A stretch of DNA of 64,000 nt from Camelus dromedarius. Lineage: Eukaryota. How positions within the stretch are numbered: position 1 is the first letter of the stretch; each line of letters starts with the position of its first letter. The notes under the pieces were generated by a model. The model searched no databases. It was not told the origin of the DNA and worked only from the letters and a program-made list of their open reading frames with translations. Below, piece by piece: positions 52,593 to 64,000 of this stretch. The stretch is taken from positions 38,070,001-38,134,000 of the forward strand of contig NC_087436.1 in NCBI RefSeq assembly GCF_036321535.1, written 5' to 3'. The position numbers and the translations under genes were made by a program.

Positions 52593-52619
52593 CTGTATTT
52601 TTTATAATATCCATCAATA

Positions 52620-52820
52620 ACTTTAAGACAAACTTAATTATAATTCACATACCATAAAATTCACCCTTTTACAATATATAACTCAGTGCTCTTAGTATAT
52701 TTACAAAGTAATGCAATTATCATCACTCTCTAATTCCAGTATATTTCATCACACTAAAAAGAAACCCCACACCCATCAGTCACTCCCGATTCCCCACACA
52801 TCCTAGCCCCCGGCAACCAT
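52620..52820 (-). mobile_element. LINE-1 3' end (L1MB-like)
   Basis: 'tataattcacataccataaaattcaccctttt...catcactctctaattccag...aaaagaaacccc...agcccccggcaacca'. Confidence 0.85.
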
Positions 52821-52824
52821 GATG

Positions 52825-53473
52825 ACCTGGAACTAATAAGCAATCACAGTAAGGTCTCAGAATATAATGTTAATTTATAAAAATCATTGTTTCTCTATAC
52901 ATCAGCAATAATTAAAATTTTAAATAAAATACCCCTCATGATAGCACCAAAACATGCAATAGGTCAACATCTAACAAGATATATACCATATCCATATGCA
53001 GAAAACTACAAAACTGCTGAAAGAAATCAAAGAGTATTCAAATAAGTGAAAAACTATTCTATGTTCATGGGTTGAAAAACTAGATATTGTTAAGATGTCA
53101 ATTCTTCCCAACTTTATACACAAATTCAACAAAATCTCACTCAAAATGCCAGAAAATTGTAGACATCAGCAGACTGATTTTAAAGCTTTCACAAAAGGGA
53201 AAAAACATATAATAGTTAACATAACAGTGGAGAAGAATAATAAAGTTGGAGGATTCACACTACTAAATTTCAAGGCTTACTGTGAAGTTAGAGTAATTAC
53301 TACAGTGGTATTGGTGAAAGAACAGAGATGTAGACCAATGGAACAGCACAGAGAGCCTAGGCATAGGCCCACATAGACACAGTCAACTGATATTTGAAAA
53401 ACAGCAAAGGCAACTGAATGAAAAAATAAGTCTTTTCAACAAATTGTCCTGGGAAAATTAAATGTTCATGTGC
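52825..53473 (+). mobile_element. old LINE-1 ORF2 (L1MC/L1MD-like), upstream part of the host element
   Basis: 'gcagaaaactacaaaactgctgaaagaaatcaaag', 'tattgttaagatgtcaattcttccc' (MSILP), 'aaagttggaggattcacactac'. Confidence 0.9.
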
Positions 53474-53557
53474 AAAAAAAAAAAAAAGAAAAGAAAGAAA
53501 TGAAGAAAGAAAGAAAGAAAAGAAAGGAAGAAAGGAAGGAAGGAAGGAAGAAAGAAA
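53474..53557 (+). repeat. A/GAAA/GGAA low-complexity tract at the 5' junction of the young L1
   Basis: Directly visible. Confidence 0.9.
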
Positions 53558-54798
53558 GGATCAAAGACTTAAATATAAGACAAGATACAATAAATCTCCT
53601 AGAAGAAAATATAGGCAAAATATTATCTGACATACATCTCAAAAATGTTCTCCTAGAACAGTCTACCCAAGAAATACAAATAAAAGCAAGAATAAACGAA
53701 TGGGACCTAATCAAACTTACAAGCTTCTGCATAGCAAAGGAAACCAGAAGTAAAACAAAAAGACAACCTACAGAATGGGAGAAAATTTTTGCAAATGAAA
53801 CCGACAAAGGCTTGATCTCCAGAATATGTAAGCAGCTCATACGACTTAATAAGAAAAAAACAAACAATCCAAGCCAAAAATGGGCAGAAGACCTAAACAA
53901 GCAATTCTCCAAGGAAGAAATACAAATAATCAAGAGGCACATGAAAAAATGCTCAATATCACTAATTATCAGAAAAATGCAAATCAAAACTACAATGAGG
54001 TATCACCTCACACCAGTCAGAATGGCCATCATTCAAAAATCCACAAATGACAAATGCTGGAGAGGCTGTGGAGAAAAGGGAACTCTCCTACACTGTTGGT
54101 GGGAATGAAGTTTGGTGCAGCCACTGTGGAAAACAGTGTGGAGATTCCACAAAAGACTAGGAATAGACTTACCATTTGACCCAGGAATCCCGCTCCTGAG
54201 CATATATCCAGAAGGAACCCTATTTCAGAATGACACCTGCATCCCAATGTTCATAGCAGCACTGTTTACAATATCCAAGACCTGGAAACAGCCTAAATGT
54301 CCATCAACGGATGACTGGATAAAGAAGGTGTGGTATATTTATACAATGGAATAGTATTCAGCCATAAAAACTGACAACATAACGTGATTTGCAGCAACAT
54401 GGATGCTCTTGGAGAATGTCATTCTAAGTGAAGTAAGCCAGAAAGAGAAAGAAAAATACCATAAGAGATAGTTCATATGTGGAATCTAAAACAAACAAAC
54501 AAACAAACAAATAAAACATAAATATAAAATAGAAACAGACTCATAGACATAGAATACAAACTTGTGGTTGCCAAGGGGGCGGGGAGTGGGAAGGGATAGA
54601 TTTGGATTTCAAAATGTAGAATAGATAAACAAGTATACTGTATAGCACAGGGAAATATATACAAGATCTTATGGTAGCTCACAGAGAAAAAAAGTGTGAC
54701 AATGAATACATATATGTTCACGTACAACTGAAAAATTGTGCTCTACACTGGAATTTAACACAACATTGTAAAATGATTATAAATCAATTTAAAAAGTT

Positions 54799-54800
<2 letters not shown>
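53558..54800 (+). mobile_element. young 5'-truncated LINE-1 (~1.25 kb; ORF2 C-terminus plus 3'UTR)
   Basis: ORFs 53470..54108 and 54112..54354 are in one frame: [17 protein letters not shown]...[15 protein letters not shown]...[30 protein letters not shown]...[20 protein letters not shown], broken by nonsense codons. Confidence 0.98.
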
Positions 54801-54858
<58 letters not shown>

Positions 54859-54930
54859 GAGAAAGAGAGAAAGAAAAGAAAAGAAGAGAAAAGAAAAGAA
54901 GAGAAAAAAGAAAAGAAAAGAAAAGAAAAA
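54801..54930 (+). repeat. (GAAA)n/(GAAAA)n microsatellite derived from the L1 poly(A) tail
   Basis: Directly follows the L1 3' end. Confidence 0.95.
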
Positions 54931-57663
54931 GATGCTGGACAGAGACCTTGTGCCTTTCACAAAAATTAACTCAAAGTGGTTCATAGACTTAAACGTACAA
55001 CTCAAATCTATAAATCTTCTAGAAGAAACATAGGAGAAAATCTAAGTGACCTTGGGTTTGTGACAAGTTTTTAGAAATGACACCAGAAGCACTATAGTCA
55101 CAGAGAAAAGTAAATAAGTTGGACTTCATTAAAATTTAAAACTGTTCCATGAATGACATTGTTAAGAGAATGAAAAGACAAATCACATACATGGAGAAAA
55201 TATTTGCTAAACACCTATATGATGAAAGACTTGTACCTGAAATACACAAAGAACTCTGAAAACTCAACAGTAAGGAAACAAACAACCTATTTTTAAAAAT
55301 GGTAAAAAGACATGAACAGACACCTCAGCAAAGAAAATGTTGCAAATAAGGATATGAAAAGATGTTCAAGATTATTCGTCATTAAAGAATTAGAAGTTAA
55401 AACAACAATGAGATAACACTACATATATATTAGTATGGCTAAAATAAAAAACAAAATCTAACAGTGCAATGTTGGTAAAGAGGTGGAGCAACAGAAATGC
55501 TTATTTACTGCTGGAGGGAATTCAAAATGGTACAGCCACTTCGGGAGTTGGTCGGCAGCTTCTTAAACAGCTAAACTAATCTTACCATTATCTAGCAATG
55601 ATGCCCCTACATATTTACCCAACTGATCTGAAAGCATATATCCATATAACAACCTGCACATGGATGTTTGTAGCATCTTTATTCATAATAGCCCCAAACT
55701 GAAAACAAACAAGATGCCCTTAAACAGGTGAATGGATAAACAATCTATGGTACATTCATACAATAGACTATTATTCAGCAATAAAACAAAATAAGATAGT
55801 AACACATGGAAAGGCATGAATGAATCTTAAATGCTCTTGTTAAGTTGGAGAAGTCACTCTGAAAAGGCTAAATACCATGTGATTCCAGTGTTATGACACA
55901 CTGGAAAGGGCAAAACTATCACTACAGTAAAAGATTAGTAGTTGTCAGGGATTCGAAGATTGGATGAGGGTGGGGGAAGAATTCAATGGATAAAGCACGA
56001 TGGGTTTTTAGGGCAGTGAAACTATTTCACATGATAACAATGATGAATACATGATGCTATGTTTGTCAAAATCCATTAAACTTTACAGCACAATGAGTGA
56101 AACATAATGGTATGCAAATTTTTAAGAAATTGTTTAGGAGGTTGATTGAATGTATAAAATAACCTCACTAAAAGAAACAGGAGATTAGTTATTGACCTAA
56201 GTAACTTTGGAAACGAGAAGAGTCTGTAAGACTAAAGGCATAAGAAATTCCACACTAGCTCTAAGTGATAAAATGTGTCTCATGGGGATACAAATTAAAA
56301 ATACTGATACTTCTATGCATGTATATTGTAACTGAACAAATAAATAAGTAGCAGGTGATGGGAGCCGGTTTCTCGCAGTTGGAGTGGGAATTTACAGATT
56401 AAGACTGGAATGATCCATGAGGTAATGGATGAGATTTAGAGACATCAGTATAAAGTCATGCTTAGCTTAATATAGATACAGATAGTTAGAAACACAGACA
56501 TATTTATAGAGAGGTGCAGGGACATGGCTCAATATACACATGTATTTTCTAGCGCTGTCAGACGAGAAGGCCTAGAAACAATGACACCTCACTAGCAGGG
56601 AACATCTCTAGTGCCCAGATCTTGGTTTCTAATGCCATTCTCCACGTAAAAGGAACCAGGGCTTTTTGGAGAAATGACTGATTCTAGGGCTGGGACTACA
56701 AAAATGAGCCTGGAGCATCTTATGGAAGACAGGGAAGTGCTCTTAAAACAAAGAAACAAAAATACTCAGCAATGACAGGACTATGTTAGAAGGACTCAGT
56801 AATCAACTGAAAAAGCTCTCCAGCTGAACAAAAAAATTGAAGAAAGTAGTATCTCACCGTAACTCAAAGTAAAAAGTATTTACATCATGAGTCCACATTG
56901 ATGTAAATATAAATGACTATATAAATAATAAATGAGAAGTGAATAGACAAATCACCCACGCAGAACAATTCTAAATAATTTAGACAATCTGCCCTCAAAG
57001 AGGTGGAACACAATTCCTCACTCTTTAAGTGTGGTCTGTGTTTGGTGACTTTCTTCCAAAGAGTATAGAAAAGGAGGGGGTGAAAAAGGAGTAATTTTGT
57101 GATGGAGAAACTTGACAAACCCTGCCTTAGCCAGGTGATCAAGTTTAACATCAACAGTGGTAAGTCATGTTGGTAGTATGTACTCTTGAAATTACATGAT
57201 TAAACTGGTATTCTCTGTGGGCTTCCTCCTCTAAACTTAGTATCCCAGACTTATGAAAAAAGCATCAGACAAATCCTAAATGAAGGATATTATTCAAAAT
57301 GTTAAACCAATACTTCTCAAAACTGTCATGGTCATCAAAACCAAAGAAAGTCTGAGAAATTGCCTCAGCCAAGAGGAGCCTAAAAAATATGACAACTAAA
57401 TGTAATGTGGTATCATGGATGGGATCCTGGAACAGGAAGATGGTATTAGGTAAAAACTAAGGGAATCCAAACAGAAGATGGACTTCAGTTAAAAACACGT
57501 ATTATTGTTATCTGAATATTAGTTAGTATTAGCTCATCAATTGTAATAAATGCATCATACTAATGTAAGAAATTAATAATAGAGTAAGCTGGGGGTGGGG
57601 TCTATGGGAACTCTCCATATTATCTTCATTAATTTTTCTGTCAACTTAAAATAGTTCTAAAAA
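54931..57663 (+). mobile_element. old LINE-1 (L1MC3/L1MD-like) ORF2 end and long 3'UTR, downstream part of the host element
   Basis: Resumes 'gacagagaccttgtgcctttcacaaaaattaactcaaa'. 3'UTR motifs 'aaggaaccagggc', 'agccaggtgatcaag', 'aactaaatgtaatgtggtatc..gatgggatcctggaacag', 'atgggaactctc'. Confidence 0.92.
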
Positions 57664-57699
57664 TACTTCACAAAAAAGTATTTCATGCCCTTGATGTAT

Positions 57700-58660
57700 T
57701 TTGAGGGTGCAAGCATAGTTCAATATTAGGAAATCTGTTAATATTGTGAATAAGATTAATAACATCGAGAAGAAAAATATATATCCATATTCAAATAGGC
57801 AGAAAAGCATATGACAAATTTCAGTATCTATTTATATTAAGACACTTAAACATTATTGATGGAGCATAGAATTTAGAATATAAAGGAAAATTTACAACTC
57901 TACAATAGGAACAAATGACCCAATTAGAAAATGGGAAAAGGATTTGAATAGGCATTTCTATAAAGGAGGTGTAGAAATGGCCAGTAAATACAGGAAAAGA
58001 TTCTCAACATTACTACCCACCAGCAAAATAGAAATAAAAAATCACAATGAGAAATCATTTCACACATACTAACATGGCTATAATAAAAAATCAGTCAACA
58101 ACAAGTGTTGATGAGAACTGGAAGAAACTTGATCTATCATAGTTTGCTGGTGGGAATGGAAAATGGTGCAGCCACGTTGGAAAACAGTTTGGCAGTTCCT
58201 CCAAATGTTAAACACAGAGTTACCCTATGAGCCATAATTCCAGTCTTAGGTATATACCCAAGAGAACTGACAACATATATTCACACAAAATAAGGTACAT
58301 GACTGTGCACAGCAGAATTACTCATAATAGCCAAAATAAAGTGTGACAATCTGAATGTCCATCAATTGGTAAATAGATATTCAAAATATGGTATCTCCAG
58401 ACAATGGATTATTTTTCTACCTTCAAAAATAAAATGTTAAGACATGCTACAACATGAATGAACCTTGAAAACATTCTATTAAGTAAAAGAAGCCAAACCC
58501 CAAGCCACATATTGTATGGCTTCATTCCTATGAAAAGTTGAAAATATGTAAATCCATAGAAAAAAGGTAGATTGGTGGTTATTAGGTGCTGGTGTACGTG
58601 GGGAGTAGGGCATGACTACTGGTGGACAGGACGTTTCATTTTGGGGGTGATAAAGTATTC
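57700..58660 (+). mobile_element. LINE-1 ORF2 remnant plus 3' end (L1MB-like)
   Basis: 'gcagaaaagcatatgacaaatttc', 'gctggtgggaatggaaaatggtgcagccacgttggaaaacagtttggcagttcctc', 'atgaatgaaccttgaaaacatt'. Confidence 0.88.
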
Positions 58661-60281
58661 TGGGCACTCATACATAGGATTTTCTCTGACTGCCTATTAC
58701 ATTTACCAATTTAAGCCCTTTTATCTCTTTATGTCTGATTTTCCCCCATTTTCTTCCTTTTAATCTTCTACTTTCTTTATGATGCTAACCTGTCTATTGG
58801 TTCTTTTGTTGCTTCTAATTTTGTTTTAATTTCTGAAGTGATCTTTTTTCTTTTACTTCTCGTTCTTTCCTGAGATCTGTTAGCACTATTTCATATTTTC
58901 CTGTTGTTCAATCCTTCCTGTGCTTTTCTAATTCAGCAATATACAATTATTAATAGCTTATATTGATTTCCTAAATCTCGTTAATTGCTTTAGCTTTATT
59001 TTAAATACTGGATTACAATTTTTATCTGTGCAGTAGGCACGTTGTTTCTGATTTAGGAATGTTTTCTGGCTCATTATTTTCAGAATTGTAATCCTGTTAG
59101 CAATTTCTGGCTATTTCTGCCTCTCTGATATCACTCTGTCTTCTTCCCTATTGCCCTTTTTAATTTTTATACCATATGGATATTGTTGCACTAGGTGTTC
59201 TGGCCCAGCCAAATGTTTTTCAGTAGGTGGGATACCTTGTCACTTGATTTAGCCGAATATGTTTAAAATGATATTTGTTTGTTTATTTTTGTTAACCTAA
59301 TTCCTCTGTTTATTGGGTTATTTATTCTGGGAGACTGAAAAATTTGTGCTGCCCTACTGCTGTCATCTTGCCTGTCTCTCCAAATTTTTGTTAAATGATA
59401 CTATACCATCGGCTGAGATCCCTGGACCTGAGACAGGCATCAAAAAAAAAAAAAAAAATTTAGGTCAACTGAATCAGGTAGGAGCACAAATAAGGGGGCT
59501 CAGCAAATGCAAGATTTATATATTTAAGTTTTTGACACATGACACAACATAAGGATGAGCTTTCTTTTATTTTCAGAATATTTTGAACATGTCTCAGTGT
59601 TAGTACCAGAGGGAGAAGGGCACTAGAAGGGAGAGCATACAAATTTTTTACACGTTCTTAATATACCTATTTATAATTGTATAAATGGGATGCTTAAAGG
59701 ATGAACTATCCCACCATCATTACCAGAAGAAAACCTAAGCAGAGAGCATGAGGCTTCATCATACTTACGCCTTAGAACTGTGTGTATGTGCCTGCACGTG
59801 TGTGTGTGTTTCCTTCCAAAGAGAAGGTACTAGAGAAGAGAAGGCTCTAGCTCTGGAAATAGTACATTTAAAAGTGTGAAGCTGCAAAGGTTGTTAGTGT
59901 CACAGCTTTAGGAGTTTCTCACCCCAGAGAGGAGGCAGAACAATCATCTCCTGCCCTGCCACTCTCAGCCTCGACCTGGACATAGCCAGCTGTCACCAGT
60001 ACAAAAAGGAACCTGGCCACTTTGCTGTATCTGAGTGACTTCTCTTGCAAGGTGACATGGTGACAGTGCCCTGTGACTCATCAAGTGCTGTAGCTTATTT
60101 TACTTCCAATTGGATTTGGTTGAAGACTCAGATGATTTGAAAAAAAAAAAAAATCCTGGGAGAATGAATTATTCCTACTGGGCCCCTATCATGGTGCCTA
60201 CCCAAACTCTGTCCAATTCCAAGTTATTTAACTCCTTTTCAGCACAGTGTCTCACTAAAATTTTACATTATTTGTTCATTC

Positions 60282-60429
60282 TTTTTTTTTTAATGGTCCT
60301 CTTTTTGGAGGGGGGAGATAATTCAGTTAATTAATTAATTAATCAATTATTTAAGTGGAGGTACTGGGGTTTGAACCCAAGTCCTCATGCATGCTAAGCA
60401 CGCACTCTACCACTAAGCTATACCCTCCC
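60282..60429 (-). mobile_element. tRNA-derived SINE (camelid Vic-1-like)
   Basis: Minus strand reads gggagggtatagcttagtggtagagtgcgtgcttagcatgcatgaggacttgggttcaaaccccagtacctcc (Pol III A and B boxes, tRNA-Ala-like), then an AT-rich linker, C-run and poly(A). Degenerate TSD ttatt..ttcat. Confidence 0.9.
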
Positions 60430-60659
60430 TTATTCTTCATATGTCACTCAAACTTCCTTTGAAACATACAAGGATCAAAGTATATAACCAAAGTATAAAT
60501 GTTAATAAAATAGGAATAGATAAAATCAATCTACTGAAGTTCAAACAAATGAACTTATTATTATTTGACTCAGAACTGCATACTATTTGTGACTATCCTG
60601 ATAGGATGTATTTCATAATGGAATTCAAATTCAAATAATTATTGTAAAATATGATCTTG

Positions 60660-60772
60660 ATATAGAGTTACTATCGGTGATCATTTCACAATGTATACAA
60701 ATATCGAATCATTGTGTTGTACACATGAAACTAGTATAATGTTATATGTCAACTATTCCTCAATAAAAGAAA
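60660..60772 (+). mobile_element. short LINE-1 3' terminus (L1MA/L1MB-like)
   Basis: 'ggtgatcatttcacaatgtatacaaatatcgaatcattgtgttgtacacatgaaac...ctcaataaaa'. Confidence 0.85.
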
Positions 60773-61090
60773 ACATAAAGTGTGACTAAAAGAAACTGAG
60801 GCATAATCTGGAGTGAAGAAATGAGTAGGGAAGAGCTATGACACCATCCTACCCCAGAATAAATGCAGGATGGTGATTAAGAAAATTTAATTCCCAACTC
60901 CCTACAAGTTTATTTCTCCTTTTTCCTTTCTTGTTAAAGATCACAGTCTCATTTTTGGAATTTCTATGTGGTGCTAGTGCTTTAGAGGTCAGATCAATGC
61001 GGGCATGAAGCATACTGATGGGTTATGGTTGGTTAAAGTTTGCAGCCATTATGCTGAATTAGCTTAATTAAAATCCTTAAGTGCAAACAA

Positions 61091-61564
61091 ATGGCAGGCA
61101 GAATAATGGCCCCACAAAATATCAGTATCTTAGTCTCAGAAACCTGTGACTATATTACCTTATATGGAAAAAAAGACTTTGAGATGGGGACACTAAAGTC
61201 AAGGACCTTGAGATGGAAAGATTACCCCGGATTTGCATTAGAGACCAAGCTAATCACATGAGTTCTTAAATGTGGAGGATATTTCCCAGCTACAGAGAAT
61301 CAAAGAGATGGCAGTGTGAGAGGAGCTCACCTACCATTGGTGGCTTTGAGGATGGAGGAAGAGGGTCGTAGGGAAGGGATGTAGCCAGCCCCAGGAGCTG
61401 GAGAAGGCAAAGCCTCCAGAAAGGAAGGCAGCCTTGCCTCTCTGTTTGTTGCAGCCCAGTGAGGCCTGCATTGGACTTCTAACTACAGAACTAAATGAAA
61501 TTGTGTTGTCTTTTAAGCCGTTAAATTTGCAGTAATTTGTTTGATGGCAATAGAATCTAACACA
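61091..61564 (+). mobile_element. MaLR solo LTR (MLT1D-like)
   Basis: 'tggcaggcagaataatggcccc...aacctgtgactatattacctt...gaccttgagatgg...tggctttgaggatggaggaag...ttttaagcc...gcaatagaatctaacaca'. Confidence 0.9.
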
Positions 61565-61569
61565 GTGAC

Positions 61570-61775
61570 TAACCTTTCTTGAGTCCTTACTGTGTGTACC
61601 ATGATATTTAGGCATTTTCATGACATACATTTCTCACTGCCTTATTTCACATGTGAAGAAATGAAGAGTTAGAGCAGGTAAGGAACTTTCCCAAGATGAC
61701 ACAGCAAGAACTGGTAGAATGGGAATTCCAAATCGTCATCTCTGTTTCAGAGTCAGTTCCTAGCTACCCTCCTGT
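61570..61775 (-). mobile_element. MIR SINE
   Basis: 'tttcacatgtgaagaaatgaagagttagagcaggtaaggaactttcccaagatgacacagc'. Confidence 0.8.
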
Positions 61776-61946
61776 CCAGCCTCGCAATGCCTTGCATGAG
61801 AGCTCTATGTGTAAAGAATGTTACCTAGACCCTTAAAATCTCTTGAGTTTTCTCTGGTAATAACTCACAGCAATAACAGTGCAATGTTGTTTTGACCTAG
61901 GCTTGTCATCATTCAGAGTAGACGTTTAAATATTTAATTAATTAAT

Positions 61947-62070
61947 TAAATCTGAGGTAAGGAGAGACTTTATTCAAAAGGATTATTGCAGAAAGGGGAG
62001 TGAGACTATTGCATTACGGAGACTGCTCAGATCGTAGTCCTTAAGATCTGCAAGATTCTCCAAAAATATT
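61947..62070 (-). mobile_element. ERV1 LTR 3' fragment (MER4-group-like)
   Basis: 'ggtaaggagagactttattcaaaaggattattgca...gactattgc' resembles the reversed poly(A)-signal region of MER4-group LTRs. Confidence 0.45.
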
Positions 62071-62749
62071 TGTTTTTCATTAAGTGAAAGAGTAATGGAA
62101 TACTGTGTCAATTACTTAAAGATCAATGATGCATTTAGACAGAAGCTGGGTCTGAAAATTTCCTGCAGAAAACAAACCAACACTATTAGAAATGCTGGAT
62201 AAATTTCTTTAAAAACTCTCCTTAAAAGCATGAAAGGTCTAATAATATAATAAAGAACCACCTGATTTAAATCTAAATGAAGGTGGAATACAGAGGCTTG
62301 AGTTGGGGGCATTGAACCTGCTTCGTTTTGAGGGTTTTCCACAGACTTGGAAAATCTCAGCTTTGGCTTGGATGACTTTGTAGGACTTACAGGGTTCTGG
62401 AGACATAATTCAAAGTCTCAGATCTTTCCAAGTTGGAGTTCCACTAAAGCTGAGGCCCCAAGTGCTACACCTTCAAAGTGAGGTGAAACAAGTAATATAG
62501 CCCTCCCCCAACCCCTGGGGACCACAAAGAACATTTCTTAGGCACTGGGAAGAGCAGGAAGTAGAAAATAAACTCCACTGAGAAGGTGCAACCCAAATCC
62601 CAAGCTGGTCCCAGGGCAGACTCTCAACACAAGTCCACATCCCCTGGGTGGTGCAAACTTTCCACTCAGGAACTTGGTTTAAATGGCCTTGAACTAGGGG
62701 CCTGCCAGACACAATTACAAATTCTCCGTGGAGAAATTTACTTTCATTT

Positions 62750-63990
62750 AGCTTCTCCTATAGTCTCCTGCATCTCAGTTAATAGTGCTTTTGTTCCTCC
62801 AGCTACTCAGGCCAAAAATCTCAGTATCATTCCTGACAATTCAGTTTCTCACACCTCCCATCCCGTCTGTTAGTAAATCCTATTTGTCTTTCCAGTATGC
62901 CACATCATCTCTCTGTTGGAGTATCGCAATCATCTTCTCAGTGGTGCCCTTGCTTCTGTCTTTGTCTCCCTAGGAACTATTTGCAGTATAGTAGTCAGAA
63001 CCAGCCTGTTAAAATGTCAGTCATGTAATTCCTATGCTCAAGACTCTTTAAATGATTCTTACCTCACCCAGAGGAAATGCAAAAGTCTTTGCAGTGAACT
63101 CCAGGGCCTCAAACTTCTGCTCCCTTCACTTCTCGGCCTCACTTCCTGCTACTCTCCTATGTGTTCCGTGTGGCAGATGCTGTCAGTATCCCACCCACAA
63201 CTCTCTAGTTTACCCGGTCAGAACACACAGCCCCAACTCCACATGCCAGTGCCTGTATTTCCATGCCTGAGGGTTTCTTTTCTTTTTTTTTTTTCCTTGC
63301 CAGTGGAACCCAATTGTCTGCAGTGAGGCTGGTGAGAAATGCCAAGAATTAATATTTTCTGGGAGCAGCTCTCAACCAATGACTGACAGGAATTCTTAGA
63401 TAAATATCCCAGCTCCCTGGTTTCAGTTTTACTCTGTCTCCCAGAGATGTCAATTTGGGATTAAACTCCCCTACCCGTAGTATTAGCAACTTGAAAAATA
63501 CCCTTTCTTCTCTCACTTCCTGTCTCCCTACCAGTGGCCCTGTACTCCCAGATGATCATGTGGACCTGAATGCTTGTTTTAATTCCAAATAAAATGTCCA
63601 ATCAGCAGCATGGCTCCTTCCTATTTCTTGAACACTCTAGGCATGCTCTGGCCTCACGGTTGTTGCATTTGTTGTCCCTAATCTCTTGTATGTAGTGCTA
63701 TTCTCCCACAAGTACACAGGGCCATTTACTGTACATCCTTCAATGAGGCCCTCCCTGGCCATCCTACTTGTGATCTTTTCAATCATTTAATTTCCTTTTT
63801 TTCCTAAACTATTTTTTCCCACTAACACACATCATAATTTAACTAATTAAAAACCGTGAGCATGCACCTGTATGTGGTGTATAATTTACTTGTTTATTGG
63901 CTCTTCTCTCACTGGAATATAGGCTCCCTGAGAAATGAGAATAAATTACTTGTCACATAGTAAGAGCTAAATAAATATTTGTTAAATTCA
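62750..63990 (+). mobile_element. L2 LINE 3' region, interrupted by LTR16
   Basis: 'catctcagttaatagtgc...ctactcaggccaaaaatc', 'aaaatgtcagtcatgt', 'actggaatataggctccctgag...aataaatatttgttaaat'. Confidence 0.85.
63169..63590 (+). mobile_element. ERVL LTR16-like solo LTR
   Basis: 'tgtggcagatgctgtcagtatccc...gggagcagctctcaaccaatgactgacagga...ataaatatcccagctccc'. Confidence 0.8.
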
Positions 63991-64000
63991 TGATGGAATC

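Noticed and set aside
53466..53987. 173-aa hydrophobic minus-strand ORF
   Set aside because: Antisense reading of A-rich L1 ORF2 plus microsatellite; a common artefact.
53470..54354. 212-aa and 80-aa ORFs as a functional gene
   Set aside because: 5'-truncated L1 ORF2 C-terminus with in-frame stops. The K/E/R-rich N-terminus comes from a microsatellite.
54671..55033. 120-aa K/E/R-rich ORF
   Set aside because: L1 3'UTR plus GAAA microsatellite plus old L1 remnant.
60355..60429. tRNA-Ala gene
   Set aside because: The tRNA-like sequence continues into a SINE linker and poly(A) with a degenerate TSD, and the stems are imperfect. It is a SINE head.

Overview
This is AT-rich, CpG-depleted, non-coding mammalian genomic DNA (gene desert or large intron). 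It is most likely from a camelid: there is a tRNA-headed Vic-1-like SINE at 60282-60429 and two young artiodactyl-type L1 copies; this is an inference from memory of the repeat families, not a database hit. I found no cellular protein-coding exon, RNA gene, CpG island or CRISPR array. The only recognisable protein translations are LINE-1 ORF2 fragments and a very decayed CR1/L3-like ORF2 remnant. The other ORFs in the track are chance, antisense or microsatellite artefacts. A large part of the window is interspersed repeats: L1 of several ages, L2, MIR, MaLR/ERVL/ERV1 solo LTRs, and hAT and Tigger MITEs. Between them lie repeat-free blocks that look like enhancers. I do not see a novel multi-gene biological system. 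The most notable observations are retrotransposition and transposition signatures: a twin-primed 5'-inverted L1, a young L1 inserted at its near-homologous position in an old L1, a tail-less internal L1 piece with a direct-repeat pair, a 44-bp TPRT micro-insert, and tiny fold-back MITEs. There are also candidate regulatory motif clusters, including five RCGTG cores in 48 bp and an RE1-like site next to an IRF site. Subfamily names and the boundaries of old repeats are approximate and were assigned by eye.
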